A stretch of DNA of 64,000 nt from Polyangiales bacterium (GTDB taxonomy: Bacteria > Myxococcota_A > Polyangia > Polyangiales > Houyiibacteriaceae): the NCBI GenBank assembly GCA_045106895.1, contig JBGCFM010000016.1:79464-143463 (forward strand), written 5' to 3'. This document shows, piece after piece, positions 19,014-28,385 of this stretch (position 1 is its first letter; each line of letters starts with the position of its first letter). A program made the translations under genes and the position numbers. The notes beneath the pieces are model-generated. The model saw nothing but the letters and a program-made list of their open reading frames with translations, searched no databases and was not told the DNA's origin.

Positions 19014-22000
19014 ATGTCCGCTCTTACCTCGCTGCTCGTTCGGGATCAGAAAGTCCCAGTTCGCAAGATCGAAGAGGCTATTCAGCGTCAGGTCATCGCG
19101 GGTGGTGGGTTCGATACGATCCTCCTCGAAGCGAAACTTCTCCCCGAGAATGAGATCGCTTCTTACTGCGCGGCTGTGCACGGGCTTGGTCCGGCCACGC
19201 GCGCCGAGTGCATGGATGTTCCGCGGGATGTAATCCGTACGGTGCCCAACGAGGTCGCCGAGCGCCATCGCCTGGTTCCCCTCGACTTCGACGGTCAGCG
19301 TCTCATCGTCGCCGTGGACCAACCTCTTCCATTCGAAGTGGACCAGCAGCTTGGCTTCCTTCTGGGCGTCACGGTGGAACAACGCATCGCGCCGGAGATG
19401 CGTATCGCCGCGGCGCTGCACCAGCACTTCGGGATCGAAATGGTTCCGCGCATGCGCCGCCTCGCTGAGAAGCAACAGGCGCTCTCCGCTGGCTCGGCGG
19501 TTTTTGTCGAACCCCTCGTCACGCCCTCGGAACCAGAGAGCGCTTGGCCCGGCGAGCAAGAAAGCGTCGTCCCGACGAAGCGCTTTGGCACCGTCGACAG
19601 CACGCGGGCTCCTTCCAGTGGGCCGGCGAGCGGGCCCAAAGTGACCACGTCACGGACCGTGACTCTCAGTGAGTTCACCCCGCCGCACAGCGTCTCGTCC
19701 GTCCCGGATGAACCAGAGGTACTCGATTCTCCGGTTTCACCGGTTGCTCCTGCTACGTCACCGGTTGCTCCCGCCACGCTGCCGGTCTCTTCGCCGCCGG
19801 TCTCTTCGCCGCCGGAGGTCGCGGAGCGCTTGAAGCGTCTCAGCGCGCCTCCTCAGCCGTCCCGCATCAGCGTTCCGCAGAGCGAGAGCCTTATTAAGCA
19901 CCGCGGACCTTTGACGGCGGGCCGCGCAGTCGAGCTCCTCAAAGGAGCGGAAGGCCGAGACGAGATCCTGGAGATCTCCTTCGCGTTCTTCCGTCAGTTC
20001 TTCGATGTAAGCGCGATCTTTGTCATCCAAGACGGCGAGGCCGAAGGCCTGGAAATCACCGGACCCGGTGCAGATCTCTCCCGCTTCGAGCGCCTCGGCG
20101 TTCCTTTGGACGAGCCGTCGGCGTTTCAGTTTGTGACCGAGGGCGGTGTTCCCTTCGTCGACCGACTCGCGCGCACGGAGCTCGACACGAAGGTCCGTTC
20201 GGACATGGCTCGCGTCGACCTGACGCCGGCGCTGCTGCTGCCCATCAAGATTCGCAACCGCGTCGTTCTCATCTTCTACGGCGACCGCTCCGGAGAAACG
20301 TTCACGCTGGCTGACATCCCAGAGCCTGTGGCATTCGCACCGCGGGTCACGGAGGCGCTTCAACAGCTAATTCTGCGCCGTAAGTTCCGGCGGGGGAGCG
20401 CGGCTCCGACGAAGCAACAGGCGCTAGCGCCTTCTGAGGCTCCCGAAAAGAGCGTCCAGGTAGCTCCAGAGAAGAGCGCCCACGACACGTTGGAGACCGC
20501 CGCCCCGGTGCATCTCCTCGATGAGCCTGGGCAGAGTATCCAAGCGCCTGAGGAGCCCAAATACACTGCGCCTGAGCGAGAAGAGGCACCCGTCCTAGCG
20601 GAGGACGAGTCGCATGTTCGCTGGTCAGAACCACCTCCACCACCGCCTTCGCGGAAACGTCGTGGCCGCGAGCGGAGCCCGTCTTTTGATGTGCTGGGTG
20701 TTCCGCGAAGCGCTCCTCCGCCACCGATGCCGGGTGAGCAGCCCCAGGTGACAGCACCCAGCAATCCACCGTTGACGGACCTGGACGAAGACTTCCCAGA
20801 GCTCAGCGTCGACGATCCGCCCGCACCGCGACGCGTCGGTAGTTATGTGATGAAGGGCGGTACCGCGGAGGTTGTCCGCCGGAGCAAGTACACGCCGGAC
20901 GCGGAGGCTTCGAAGGAAAAGCCGGCGGAGAAGAAAGACTGGCGGAACAGTCCGGACCTCCCTTCGCCGGTTGCGTTTTCACCGCCCGCGCAGAGCCCTG
21001 AAGACGACGATGACGGGCCAGAACTCATTGTCGAGAGCGAGCCGAGCGAGCCGAGCGAGCGCGAGAAGCGCGAGAGTGCGTCTCCGATCCCACTGACCTC
21101 CACACTGCGCCGGCCCACGAAACCTCGTGACTCCGACGTGGGCGAGGAGATCATCATCACGGAGACAACGCCCGCCGACGGGCTCAGCTCCGACATCAAC
21201 AAGCTCGACTCCATTCCCCCAGCGACGGCGAGTGCGCGAAAGCGACGGCAGAGCGAATCTACGGCGAGCGTCATCATCGAGATGGATGACAGCATCGAAG
21301 CCGTCGTCGAAGACCTGCGTTACAGCGGCCCCGACGAACCCGAAGCCGCGGTCCGAGCCGTTGTCCAGCAGGGGGAAGCCGCGCTGCCGGTGTTGGTTCG
21401 AGAGTTTCCAGGGCCCCTCTTCTTTGACCGCACGCAACCCCACCGACGTCTTCCTCGGGGGCGCGATATCTCAGCTGTGGGTCGCGCGATCGCAGCTTTC
21501 GGTGACTTGGCGGTCCCGTACGTCGTGTCGCTCCTCGACCACGATGATGCAGATCATCGCTTCTACGCCGTGCTGCTCTCGTCCGAGTTCTCACATGCGC
21601 GTCTCGTACAGCCACTTGGCGACCGTATCTTCGACGCCGACCGTGGTGTTGGGACCCTCGCCCTCGACGTCCTACGTACGCTCTTGCCATTCGAGCGAGA
21701 GCTTGCAGCCCTGACGGAGCGGCTCCGCGCGGAGGCGAGGATTCCCAGCGCGCTCCTCGACTACCGCGTTACCGCGCTGCGCGCGCTCGGTGAGCTTCGT
21801 GACCGCGCAGCGCTCGACATGCTCGCGCTCTTCGTGGAAAGGGAGCGCGAGGAACTCGCTGAGGCGGCGCATCGCTCCCTTGTTCAGATCACCCGGCAAG
21901 ACTTTGGTGACTCCGTTCCACGTTGGTTGCTCTGGATCGATGACAACAAGGACCGTCATCGTGTGGAGTGGCTTATCGACTCGCTCTCGCACGTGGATGA

Positions 22001-22154
22001 GACGATGCGGCGTAAGGCTGCGGACGAGCTCAAAGAGCTGACGCACGAGTACTACGGTTACCATCCAGCGCTCTCCAAGAAAGAGCGCGAGATCGCTCAG
22101 AAGAAGTACCGTCGGTGGTGGGACTCCGATGGCCGCTACCGCTTCGGTCGTTAG
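19014..22154 (+). CDS. GSPII-E N-terminal (MshEN-like) domain protein with GAF-like region, Pro-rich linker and HEAT-like C-terminus (FrgA-like architecture)
   Basis: IEEAIQRQ...TILLE...VAERHRLVPL...VAVDQP N-terminus; ALRALGEL and other HEAT-like helices at the end. Confidence 0.7.
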   Translation: MSALTSLLVRDQKVPVRKIEEAIQRQVIAGGGFDTILLEAKLLPENEIASYCAAVHGLGPATRAECMDVPRDVIRTVPNEVAERHRLVPLDFDGQRLIVAVDQPLPFEVDQQLGFLLGVTVEQRIAPEMRIAAALHQHFGIEMVPRMRRLAEKQQALSAGSAVFVEPLVTPSEPESAWPGEQESVVPTKRFGTVDSTRAPSSGPASGPKVTTSRTVTLSEFTPPHSVSSVPDEPEVLDSPVSPVAPATSPVAPATLPVSSPPVSSPPEVAERLKRLSAPPQPSRISVPQSESLIKHRGPLTAGRAVELLKGAEGRDEILEISFAFFRQFFDVSAIFVIQDGEAEGLEITGPGADLSRFERLGVPLDEPSAFQFVTEGGVPFVDRLARTELDTKVRSDMARVDLTPALLLPIKIRNRVVLIFYGDRSGETFTLADIPEPVAFAPRVTEALQQLILRRKFRRGSAAPTKQQALAPSEAPEKSVQVAPEKSAHDTLETAAPVHLLDEPGQSIQAPEEPKYTAPEREEAPVLAEDESHVRWSEPPPPPPSRKRRGRERSPSFDVLGVPRSAPPPPMPGEQPQVTAPSNPPLTDLDEDFPELSVDDPPAPRRVGSYVMKGGTAEVVRRSKYTPDAEASKEKPAEKKDWRNSPDLPSPVAFSPPAQSPEDDDDGPELIVESEPSEPSEREKRESASPIPLTSTLRRPTKPRDSDVGEEIIITETTPADGLSSDINKLDSIPPATASARKRRQSESTASVIIEMDDSIEAVVEDLRYSGPDEPEAAVRAVVQQGEAALPVLVREFPGPLFFDRTQPHRRLPRGRDISAVGRAIAAFGDLAVPYVVSLLDHDDADHRFYAVLLSSEFSHARLVQPLGDRIFDADRGVGTLALDVLRTLLPFERELAALTERLRAEARIPSALLDYRVTALRALGELRDRAALDMLALFVEREREELAEAAHRSLVQITRQDFGDSVPRWLLWIDDNKDRHRVEWLIDSLSHVDETMRRKAADELKELTHEYYGYHPALSKKEREIAQKKYRRWWDSDGRYRFGR

Positions 22155-22183
22155 CAAACGACCGAAGCCCGATCGTTCACGCG

Positions 22184-23131
22184 TTACTCGAAGACCTCGC
22201 CGATGTTCTCCTGGCTCGGTTGGTGACCACCTGCGGGCCCCTCCCATCGACGGCGGTCGCGCGTCAGTCGCCAGATTCCGTAGATCAGTGGAGCCGCGAT
22301 GGCCCAGCCGACGAACATCCACCACAAAGGCATGGGGGTGTCGGTGCCATGGCCGACGTTGAGGGACTCCACGTCGAGCTTGCTTCCGAGCAGCGCGAAG
22401 CTGTTGTTGAAGGTGTGGGTGACGACGCAGACCCAGAGGCTGCCGGTGCGTGCGCCGAGCCAAGCAAGGTAGAACCCGAGGGGCAGCACGCCGACGATGT
22501 GGTGAGGGTCCATATGAAAGAAGGAGAAGCTCACCGCGGAAATGGTGATCGCTTTCATTCCGAAACCCCAGCTTCGTTGGACGAGTCCGCGAAAGAAGAT
22601 CTCCTCAGCGAAACCGGGGGTAAGGGCGATGACCGGCCAGAGCATCCAGAAGGAGTTTCCTTCGGCGATGCGCTGCAACGTATCCAAAGCGCCAAACGTC
22701 CAGTCCGGGGCCAAGTGCGCCATCGTGCGAACCAGCACATCGGAGGTCGGTCCGAGGGCGATGATGGCAAGAGGCGCGAGAATAAAGACTGGCCAGGGGG
22801 CGCCGCGAAACCCGAGGCCTTCGCGAATACTCGTCCGCGTCAGCTTCGCGCTGAGGAGCGCAGCGGCGGTGAGCGACAGGCCTGTGAAGAGCACGCTCAT
22901 GAGCACCATCGGGTAGCGCGTGACTACTTCCTCGAGCTGAGCTTGGTCGAGGGGGTTTCCACCCTCACTCGTGAGAATGCCGACGGCGATGACCGCGCTT
23001 ACGATGCCTCCCACCACCAAAGCGACAATGCCGCCGAGGATCGCCCCGAGCGTGGATGCCCATCTGGGAATCGCGCTTCGAAGGCCGTCAGGGGTAGGTA
23101 CTGGATTTGGTGCGTCGACGCGTTCGCTCAT
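22184..23131 (-). CDS. CPBP (Abi/CAAX) family intramembrane protease
   Basis: AEEIFFRG, FSFFH and HTFNN motifs intact; multiple TM helices. Confidence 0.9.
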   Translation of the reverse strand: MSERVDAPNPVPTPDGLRSAIPRWASTLGAILGGIVALVVGGIVSAVIAVGILTSEGGNPLDQAQLEEVVTRYPMVLMSVLFTGLSLTAAALLSAKLTRTSIREGLGFRGAPWPVFILAPLAIIALGPTSDVLVRTMAHLAPDWTFGALDTLQRIAEGNSFWMLWPVIALTPGFAEEIFFRGLVQRSWGFGMKAITISAVSFSFFHMDPHHIVGVLPLGFYLAWLGARTGSLWVCVVTHTFNNSFALLGSKLDVESLNVGHGTDTPMPLWWMFVGWAIAAPLIYGIWRLTRDRRRWEGPAGGHQPSQENIGEVFE

Positions 23132-23829
23132 CAGAATACGTAGCGTAGGTAGAACGTACCGTGGACGCCAAGGGCGAGTTCTCCATCGAACCCTTGTAGG
23201 TTGGAGTGAACGCGGGCTCCGCCGGCGAGTCCAAAGGAGTGGTGCCGGTTTCGCATATGCCAGTCGAAGCCAAGCTGGCCGCCGTAGATCAAACCCACGC
23301 CTTGAGCGTCTTGAAGCCCGTAGGTTCGGAGTACGTCACTCGTCGTCAGACCCAGGCCGACCTCGCCCGCGAGCCACAACGCGGCGCGCGCGCTTACGTT
23401 GGCTTGGACGCGGACCTGGCCCAAGAATCCGAGAACATCAAAGACCGTCGGACTCGGAGGGCTCGGGGCACTCGTTCGGTGCAGGGAGCCTTCTACGATG
23501 CCGCCAACGGAGAGCCATGGGAGGAACTCGTAGCCGATGTTGAGCTGAAAGAATGGGCCCACGTTTGAAAGACGACCGACGCCTCCAATGAACCCGCGAG
23601 CGCCGACCATGCCTTCGATGTAGACGCCGTGTGAGTACAGCTCTCGCGTGACTTGAATCGCTTCCGGCGGCAGGCGCTCCACGTCGAGGCGCGTCGTGTC
23701 CGGCGCTTCTGTTTCCTGCGCCCACGAGTCCGTCGGGGTGAGCGTGAAAACAAGCACAAGGGCGATGACGATGGAGCGGGCGCGCTGCACACGACACGCT
23801 ACCACGCCTGCTACTGACAAACCCAGCAT
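23131..23829 (-). CDS. Outer-membrane beta-barrel-like protein (possibly CglE-like)
   Basis: Signal peptide ending SWA-Q, alternating beta strands, C-terminal YLRYVF. Confidence 0.6.
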   Translation of the reverse strand: MLGLSVAGVVACRVQRARSIVIALVLVFTLTPTDSWAQETEAPDTTRLDVERLPPEAIQVTRELYSHGVYIEGMVGARGFIGGVGRLSNVGPFFQLNIGYEFLPWLSVGGIVEGSLHRTSAPSPPSPTVFDVLGFLGQVRVQANVSARAALWLAGEVGLGLTTSDVLRTYGLQDAQGVGLIYGGQLGFDWHMRNRHHSFGLAGGARVHSNLQGFDGELALGVHGTFYLRYVF

Positions 23830-23870
23830 GGGAACCCTCCCTCAGTCCTCTTTTCTGGTAGACTACAAAT

Positions 23871-24218
23871 GTGGGGGACCAGAAAAAAGCCGGCAAAAAG
23901 GCGCGCCATCAGACGATGCAGGTCGACGTCGACGAGCTCTACGCGACGCTTGAAGCGCAGGGCGTAAAACCTCCACCCCTGCTTCCTGGGTCATCCCCAT
24001 CCACGGCGCCGGCCCCCGTCGTCGTACCCCCAGCCGCCGGCATCCCAGAAGAGCCGTCCGGTGGCTTTGGCACAAAAGAATACGTGCTGATCGTGGTCAT
24101 CGCCATCGTCGCGGCGGCCGCGGCTTGGGGACTCTCGCAGGTCGTCTTCTCCGACCCCGAGCCCGAAGCGGAGCCCGCTGGCACGATGGAACTGGGTCCC
24201 ATCGAACTTAGCGACTGA
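23871..24218 (+). CDS. Small single-pass membrane protein
   Basis: Pro-rich linker then TM VLIVVIAIVAAAAAWGL. Confidence 0.55.
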   Translation: MGDQKKAGKKARHQTMQVDVDELYATLEAQGVKPPPLLPGSSPSTAPAPVVVPPAAGIPEEPSGGFGTKEYVLIVVIAIVAAAAAWGLSQVVFSDPEPEAEPAGTMELGPIELSD

Positions 24219-24220
24219 GC

Positions 24221-25021
24221 TTACTCCTCTTCGACGACCAAGCTCGATGGGAAGAAGGCCTCCGGCGTGGGGGCTTCCCATGCGTCGACCTCTTCCACGA
24301 GGATTCCACGCTCGTCTCGAACGCGCACAGTCAGTTCCACAAGAACACGCGGCGGCGGAGCGTCGGCTTCGCCGAGAACGACGAGGCCAACGCGAACGCC
24401 GGTGAGCGCGGGAACAATGGACGGTACGAAGCGCATCGAGCGCGCATCACTCGCGCTGTGGTTGTCCGGGTGAACAACCTGGTTGGCGTTGCTCGCGCCA
24501 TTGACGACGGTGGCGAGGTCGACGGCGACTTCGTCGAGGTGCTCTTCGCGGATCGTTCCAAAGCGCCTCTCCTGAGGCTCGAGCTGCACCCGGCGCTCGT
24601 ATTGGGAGAAGTCCGGAATGATGTCTTCCTCATCGACGATGAATTCTGGGAAGTACTCGTGGAACTCGTTGATGCCGTTGATCACAATGGTGACGTCCGA
24701 GCGGGACTCCTCGATGTTGACGAGGACGTAGTCGATCTCCACCTCGTAGTCGCCGCGGGCGACCCAAGGGCGCCTGGCCCAAGGAAGGTCTTCTGCCCCA
24801 CTGCTCAGCGCTCCAAACTCTTCGCCGGTGGGTGCCTCTAGGGGCAGCATCACGCGCTGCTCAGCAATGTACATGGCCGCGTCTTCAACAACGACGGCCG
24901 CTGGCGTTTCCTCCGTGAGGGCAAACGCAAAGAAGCCGTCCTCGCCGATGTGAACGCGGTTGGAGCATGCCGAGAGCAGCAGCCCTGCTGTGAGCAAGGC
25001 CGAGTACAGGAGAGAGCGCAT
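24221..25021 (-). CDS. Hypothetical lipoprotein
   Basis: Lipobox LLLSAC. Confidence 0.65.
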   Translation of the reverse strand: MRSLLYSALLTAGLLLSACSNRVHIGEDGFFAFALTEETPAAVVVEDAAMYIAEQRVMLPLEAPTGEEFGALSSGAEDLPWARRPWVARGDYEVEIDYVLVNIEESRSDVTIVINGINEFHEYFPEFIVDEEDIIPDFSQYERRVQLEPQERRFGTIREEHLDEVAVDLATVVNGASNANQVVHPDNHSASDARSMRFVPSIVPALTGVRVGLVVLGEADAPPPRVLVELTVRVRDERGILVEEVDAWEAPTPEAFFPSSLVVEEE

Positions 25022-25090
25022 GCTCCAAAGATAACGGGTCGTCGTTCGAAATGCGACGTCGTCGCTTGAAGTCGTGCTTAGAAGTCGCGC

Positions 25091-25792
25091 TTAGAAGTAG
25101 AGCGTGCCGCCCAGACGGGGGATAAGGAGAATGTCGGTCCCGTCGAGGACGCTCTCCGTTGCTGCGGCGATGCCGAAGTTGGCGACGACGTCGACTGCCG
25201 CCTCAAGTCCGACGGTCTGCGAGAGCTCAACCGCAAGGCCGACGGTGCCGCTAGCCGCTGGGTTGAAGTCATATTCAATGGAGCCGCCGCCCTCCTCGGT
25301 GACAAAGCCCCAGAAGTTCCCGCGGAACGCGACCGCCACAAAGGGGAGAAAGCGCGAGGGGTTGAGGAACTGAAGGCGAGCCCCGATCGAAAAGTGAAAC
25401 GAGGTGATACGACTGATCGCGCCGCCATCAATGGGCGGAAAAACCGCGGACGAAAGGTTGGTTTGAACACCGATGTGAACTTCGGGAACGAGCATCCCAA
25501 ACTCCCAACCAAAGCGGCCCCCAATGCCAATGCCGAAGCCAGGTTCCCAGCTCCTGCCTGTGACCACGTCCGTCGGGTCGGTCAAAAAGAGCGGCACTGT
25601 CAGGTAGACGCCCGACTGGCGAGCTCCGCGTTCCGCGACCGCTGGCTGCGCCGCCTGGGGCTCAGCCTGGTATTGCTGCTGCTGCTGGTTTTGCTGAACC
25701 CCCGTTCCGTCGTCTTGAATGAAGACGTCTTGCTGCGCGGAAGCCGAAACAGCGAAGAGAAGAATGGCGGAGGTGAGAAGCGCTCGGGTCAT
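25091..25792 (-). CDS. Outer-membrane beta-barrel protein
   Basis: Signal peptide ASA-Q, Gln-rich linker, amphipathic strands, C-terminal GGTLYF. Confidence 0.7.
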   Translation of the reverse strand: MTRALLTSAILLFAVSASAQQDVFIQDDGTGVQQNQQQQQYQAEPQAAQPAVAERGARQSGVYLTVPLFLTDPTDVVTGRSWEPGFGIGIGGRFGWEFGMLVPEVHIGVQTNLSSAVFPPIDGGAISRITSFHFSIGARLQFLNPSRFLPFVAVAFRGNFWGFVTEEGGGSIEYDFNPAASGTVGLAVELSQTVGLEAAVDVVANFGIAAATESVLDGTDILLIPRLGGTLYF

Positions 25793-25914
25793 AGTGTTAC
25801 CTGTGGTTTACACAAAGAAGTGGGCAGGGCGTAGAAAGCGACGAGATCACGTTGGTGAACATTCATCGCTCTCTGACTAGAGCAAGAAGCGCGCCTGAGT
25901 GAGGCTTAGCTCGA

Positions 25915-26211
25915 TCAGCGACTGCAGACGGGTCGCGCCATGGCTTCCGGCGCGCCTTCGCAGCGAGGAAGGCCGTCGGCCGTGTCACAGGTCAGGACGC
26001 CGCTTGAACACGCAGGAGTAGGCGCGACAACGCATTCGACGGAATCAAAGTCCGGGGTGAGGCACTCGGCTGCGAAGCGGTCATCCTCTGCATCCCCTTC
26101 GGTCTCAATAACACGGCAAGAGGGCTGACAACCCTCGCCTTCGTAGCGGTTCACATCGGAAGCGCAGGCGACAAAGAGAAGGGAGAAGCAGCAGATAAGG
26201 GTGAAGCGCAT
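25915..26211 (-). CDS. Small Cys-rich lipoprotein
   Basis: GAGGA RBS, lipobox FVAC, 8 further Cys in the mature part. Confidence 0.65.
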   Translation of the reverse strand: MRFTLICCFSLLFVACASDVNRYEGEGCQPSCRVIETEGDAEDDRFAAECLTPDFDSVECVVAPTPACSSGVLTCDTADGLPRCEGAPEAMARPVCSR

Positions 26212-26222
26212 GGGTATTCCTC

Positions 26223-26245
26223 AAAAACACGTGGCTCAAGCCACG
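26223..26245 (-). terminator. Possible intrinsic terminator/attenuator after the sigma-cupin pair
   Basis: Minus strand CGTGGC-TTGA-GCCACG hairpin followed by TGTTTTT. Confidence 0.4.
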
Positions 26246-26333
26246 GAGTGGGGATTACCCCATTGCTCTCGGCTCCGCCAGTGCTCAGGAAGGGGTAGTT
26301 TCTGCCGGAGTCTATCGCCTAGGCGGAGTTCTC

Positions 26334-26903
26334 CTAGATCGGGGGGACTTCTCGCGGTCCAATGACCATTTCACCAATTTGGTAGCCGCCCTTCACCACA
26401 ACCAGCAGAAGCAGGTGGGTGCCGGCGGAATCCACGTGAAACGTGTGGTCCGCTGCGGGCGTTCCGTGGAGCACTTCGCCTGGGCCAAATCGCTCTTGGG
26501 TCAAAGAGTCGATGTAGGTTCCCTGCATGACGAGAACTTGCTCCTCGCCCAAGTGGCTATGCGCAGGCAGCTCGGCCTGACGATCCACTCGGACGAACCC
26601 ACGAACATGTCCGTCTGTTTTGGGCCCACCTGGAAGCCAACAAAACTCGACGCCGGGAAGCTCTTCGGCGAAGGAGTCTTTGCTGTCGACGCGATCGAGG
26701 AGCACACGTGTCTTGTCGAGGCTCAAATCCAACATGCTCGACGCCACCTCGGCGAAGCGCTCGAATCGTCCCTCAAGGACCGCCGCCTTGAGCAGGCGAC
26801 CTCGCAGGCCTTCGCTCGGGGAAGGGCGAGGCTCGGCGGCATCCGGCAGTTCGACATCTGCGCCGGCGCCGCCTTGAAGAGCTTTCTTGAGAAGGTCGCT
26901 CAT
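26334..26903 (-). CDS. ChrR-like cupin protein, putative anti-sigma factor
   Basis: PAHSHLGEEQVLVMQG...H cupin motif; ATGA overlap with the ECF sigma gene. Confidence 0.75.
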   Translation of the reverse strand: MSDLLKKALQGGAGADVELPDAAEPRPSPSEGLRGRLLKAAVLEGRFERFAEVASSMLDLSLDKTRVLLDRVDSKDSFAEELPGVEFCWLPGGPKTDGHVRGFVRVDRQAELPAHSHLGEEQVLVMQGTYIDSLTQERFGPGEVLHGTPAADHTFHVDSAGTHLLLLVVVKGGYQIGEMVIGPREVPPI

Positions 26904-27451
26904 GGCGCGCCTCCATCGCTCGCGTCAACGAGCGCGCTGCGCAGTTTGGACAGAGCCGCGGCGGTTCGCGACTTCACGGTACCCAAAGGAATCGCGAGCG
27001 CTTCGCTGATCTCCGGTCCACTCAAACCTTCGATGTACGCCAGCACGACGACTTCTCGCTGGCCGCTGGGGAGTGAATGAAGTGCGAAGTCTAGATTGTC
27101 GGCGTCGAGAGAAGGACGCATCTCCGTCGCGCCCATATGCGCCTCGTTCAACTCCTGGCCGCGGCGACGCGGGGAGCGAAGGCGGTCTAGGCAACGAGAA
27201 CGAACACGCATAGCCACCCAGGTACGAACGGAACCACGTGTTGGATCGAAATCGCCGGCTTTCTTCCAAACTTCAACGAAGACATCGTGAAGCAGGTCTT
27301 CGGCGTCGCTCTCGGAGCTCAGCATTCGTCGGGCGATCGCGAGCAGACGAGGCCCGTGCACGTCGTAGAGGCTACCCAGTGCCTCCTGGTCGCCGCGTGC
27401 GATTCGTCGCAAAAGCTCGATGTCCGAGATCACGCGTGAAGGTTCGTACAA
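26900..27451 (-). CDS. ECF sigma-70 family RNA polymerase sigma factor
   Basis: DAEDLLHDVFVEVW (region 2), LPSGQREVV...EISEALAIPLGTVKSR (region 4). Confidence 0.95.
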   Translation of the reverse strand: MYEPSRVISDIELLRRIARGDQEALGSLYDVHGPRLLAIARRMLSSESDAEDLLHDVFVEVWKKAGDFDPTRGSVRTWVAMRVRSRCLDRLRSPRRRGQELNEAHMGATEMRPSLDADNLDFALHSLPSGQREVVVLAYIEGLSGPEISEALAIPLGTVKSRTAAALSKLRSALVDASDGGAP

Positions 27452-27478
27452 AGCGAGGGCGGTGGCAAGGGAGACACG

Positions 27479-28384
27479 TTAGCGGAGGAAGAGAAGCGCT
27501 ACGCCAAGGACGGCCAGAGCGGTACCAACGAGGCCGCGGACACCGGGCTTGTCCCCTTCAATCCACGAAAAAGGAATCACCATGAGCGGGGTGGTCGCGA
27601 TGATGCTCGCGGCGATCCCGGTCTCGATGAACTGGACCGCAAGGAGTGAGCAGCCCACACCAAGGAATGGGCCCACGAAGGCACCGGCGGCGGCGAGACC
27701 CATCGCGCGACGGTCACGTAGGGCATCTCGAACTTGGCCAAAGCGCCGAAGGCCGAAGAAGAGAAGGATGAAGGCGACGAGGGCGCCGATGACGCGGACT
27801 TGCGTTGCTGCAAACGCGTCGTAGCTGCCCATTCCTTTTTTTGAGAGGACAAGTCCGACGGCCTGGCCGACGGCGCCGAGGATTCCGAACACGATCCCTC
27901 GGGGCGAGCGAGTGTCCTGGCGGTCTGCGGGTTGTCGTTCCGAAATCGTAAGCACAATTCCGACGACGGTAAGCGTCATACCCACGAGCCCAAGTGCGCC
28001 GATGCGTTCGTCGAGGAATAGGAAGCCGACGAGCGCCGTGAACGGAGGCGCGAGGGACATCAAGAGAGACGAAAGCCGCGGGCCGACTTCGAGGAATGCG
28101 CGGAAGAGGAACATGTCGCCCAAGAAGAGACCGACGAACCCCGACAGAGCGAGCCAACCCCACGCATTTTGCGTGGCGTCTGTGGGTAGCGGCGTGCCTC
28201 GCATGATGGCCCCGTATGCTGCCAAGAAGACAAATCCCATCGCCAGGCGGATCGGGTTCAGCGTCATCGACCCGATGCGTCGACCGGCGCGTGTGAAGAA
28301 CACGACTGAGAGTGCGAAGCATACAGCCGTGAGGAGCGAGATCAGCTCGCCGACAGGGAGCGCCAGTTGCGAAAGCCAGTCCAC
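27479..28384 (-). CDS. DMT/EamA family transporter
   Basis: About ten hydrophobic helices in two repeats; SGFVGLFLGD, GPFLG. Confidence 0.88.
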   Translation of the reverse strand: MDWLSQLALPVGELISLLTAVCFALSVVFFTRAGRRIGSMTLNPIRLAMGFVFLAAYGAIMRGTPLPTDATQNAWGWLALSGFVGLFLGDMFLFRAFLEVGPRLSSLLMSLAPPFTALVGFLFLDERIGALGLVGMTLTVVGIVLTISERQPADRQDTRSPRGIVFGILGAVGQAVGLVLSKKGMGSYDAFAATQVRVIGALVAFILLFFGLRRFGQVRDALRDRRAMGLAAAGAFVGPFLGVGCSLLAVQFIETGIAASIIATTPLMVIPFSWIEGDKPGVRGLVGTALAVLGVALLFLR

Positions 28385-28385
28385 C

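Noticed and set aside
22184..23131. CPBP protease as the myxosortase for the MYXO-CTERM protein
   Set aside because: Right family, but ~18 kb away and myxobacteria have many CPBP paralogues; needs subfamily HMMs.
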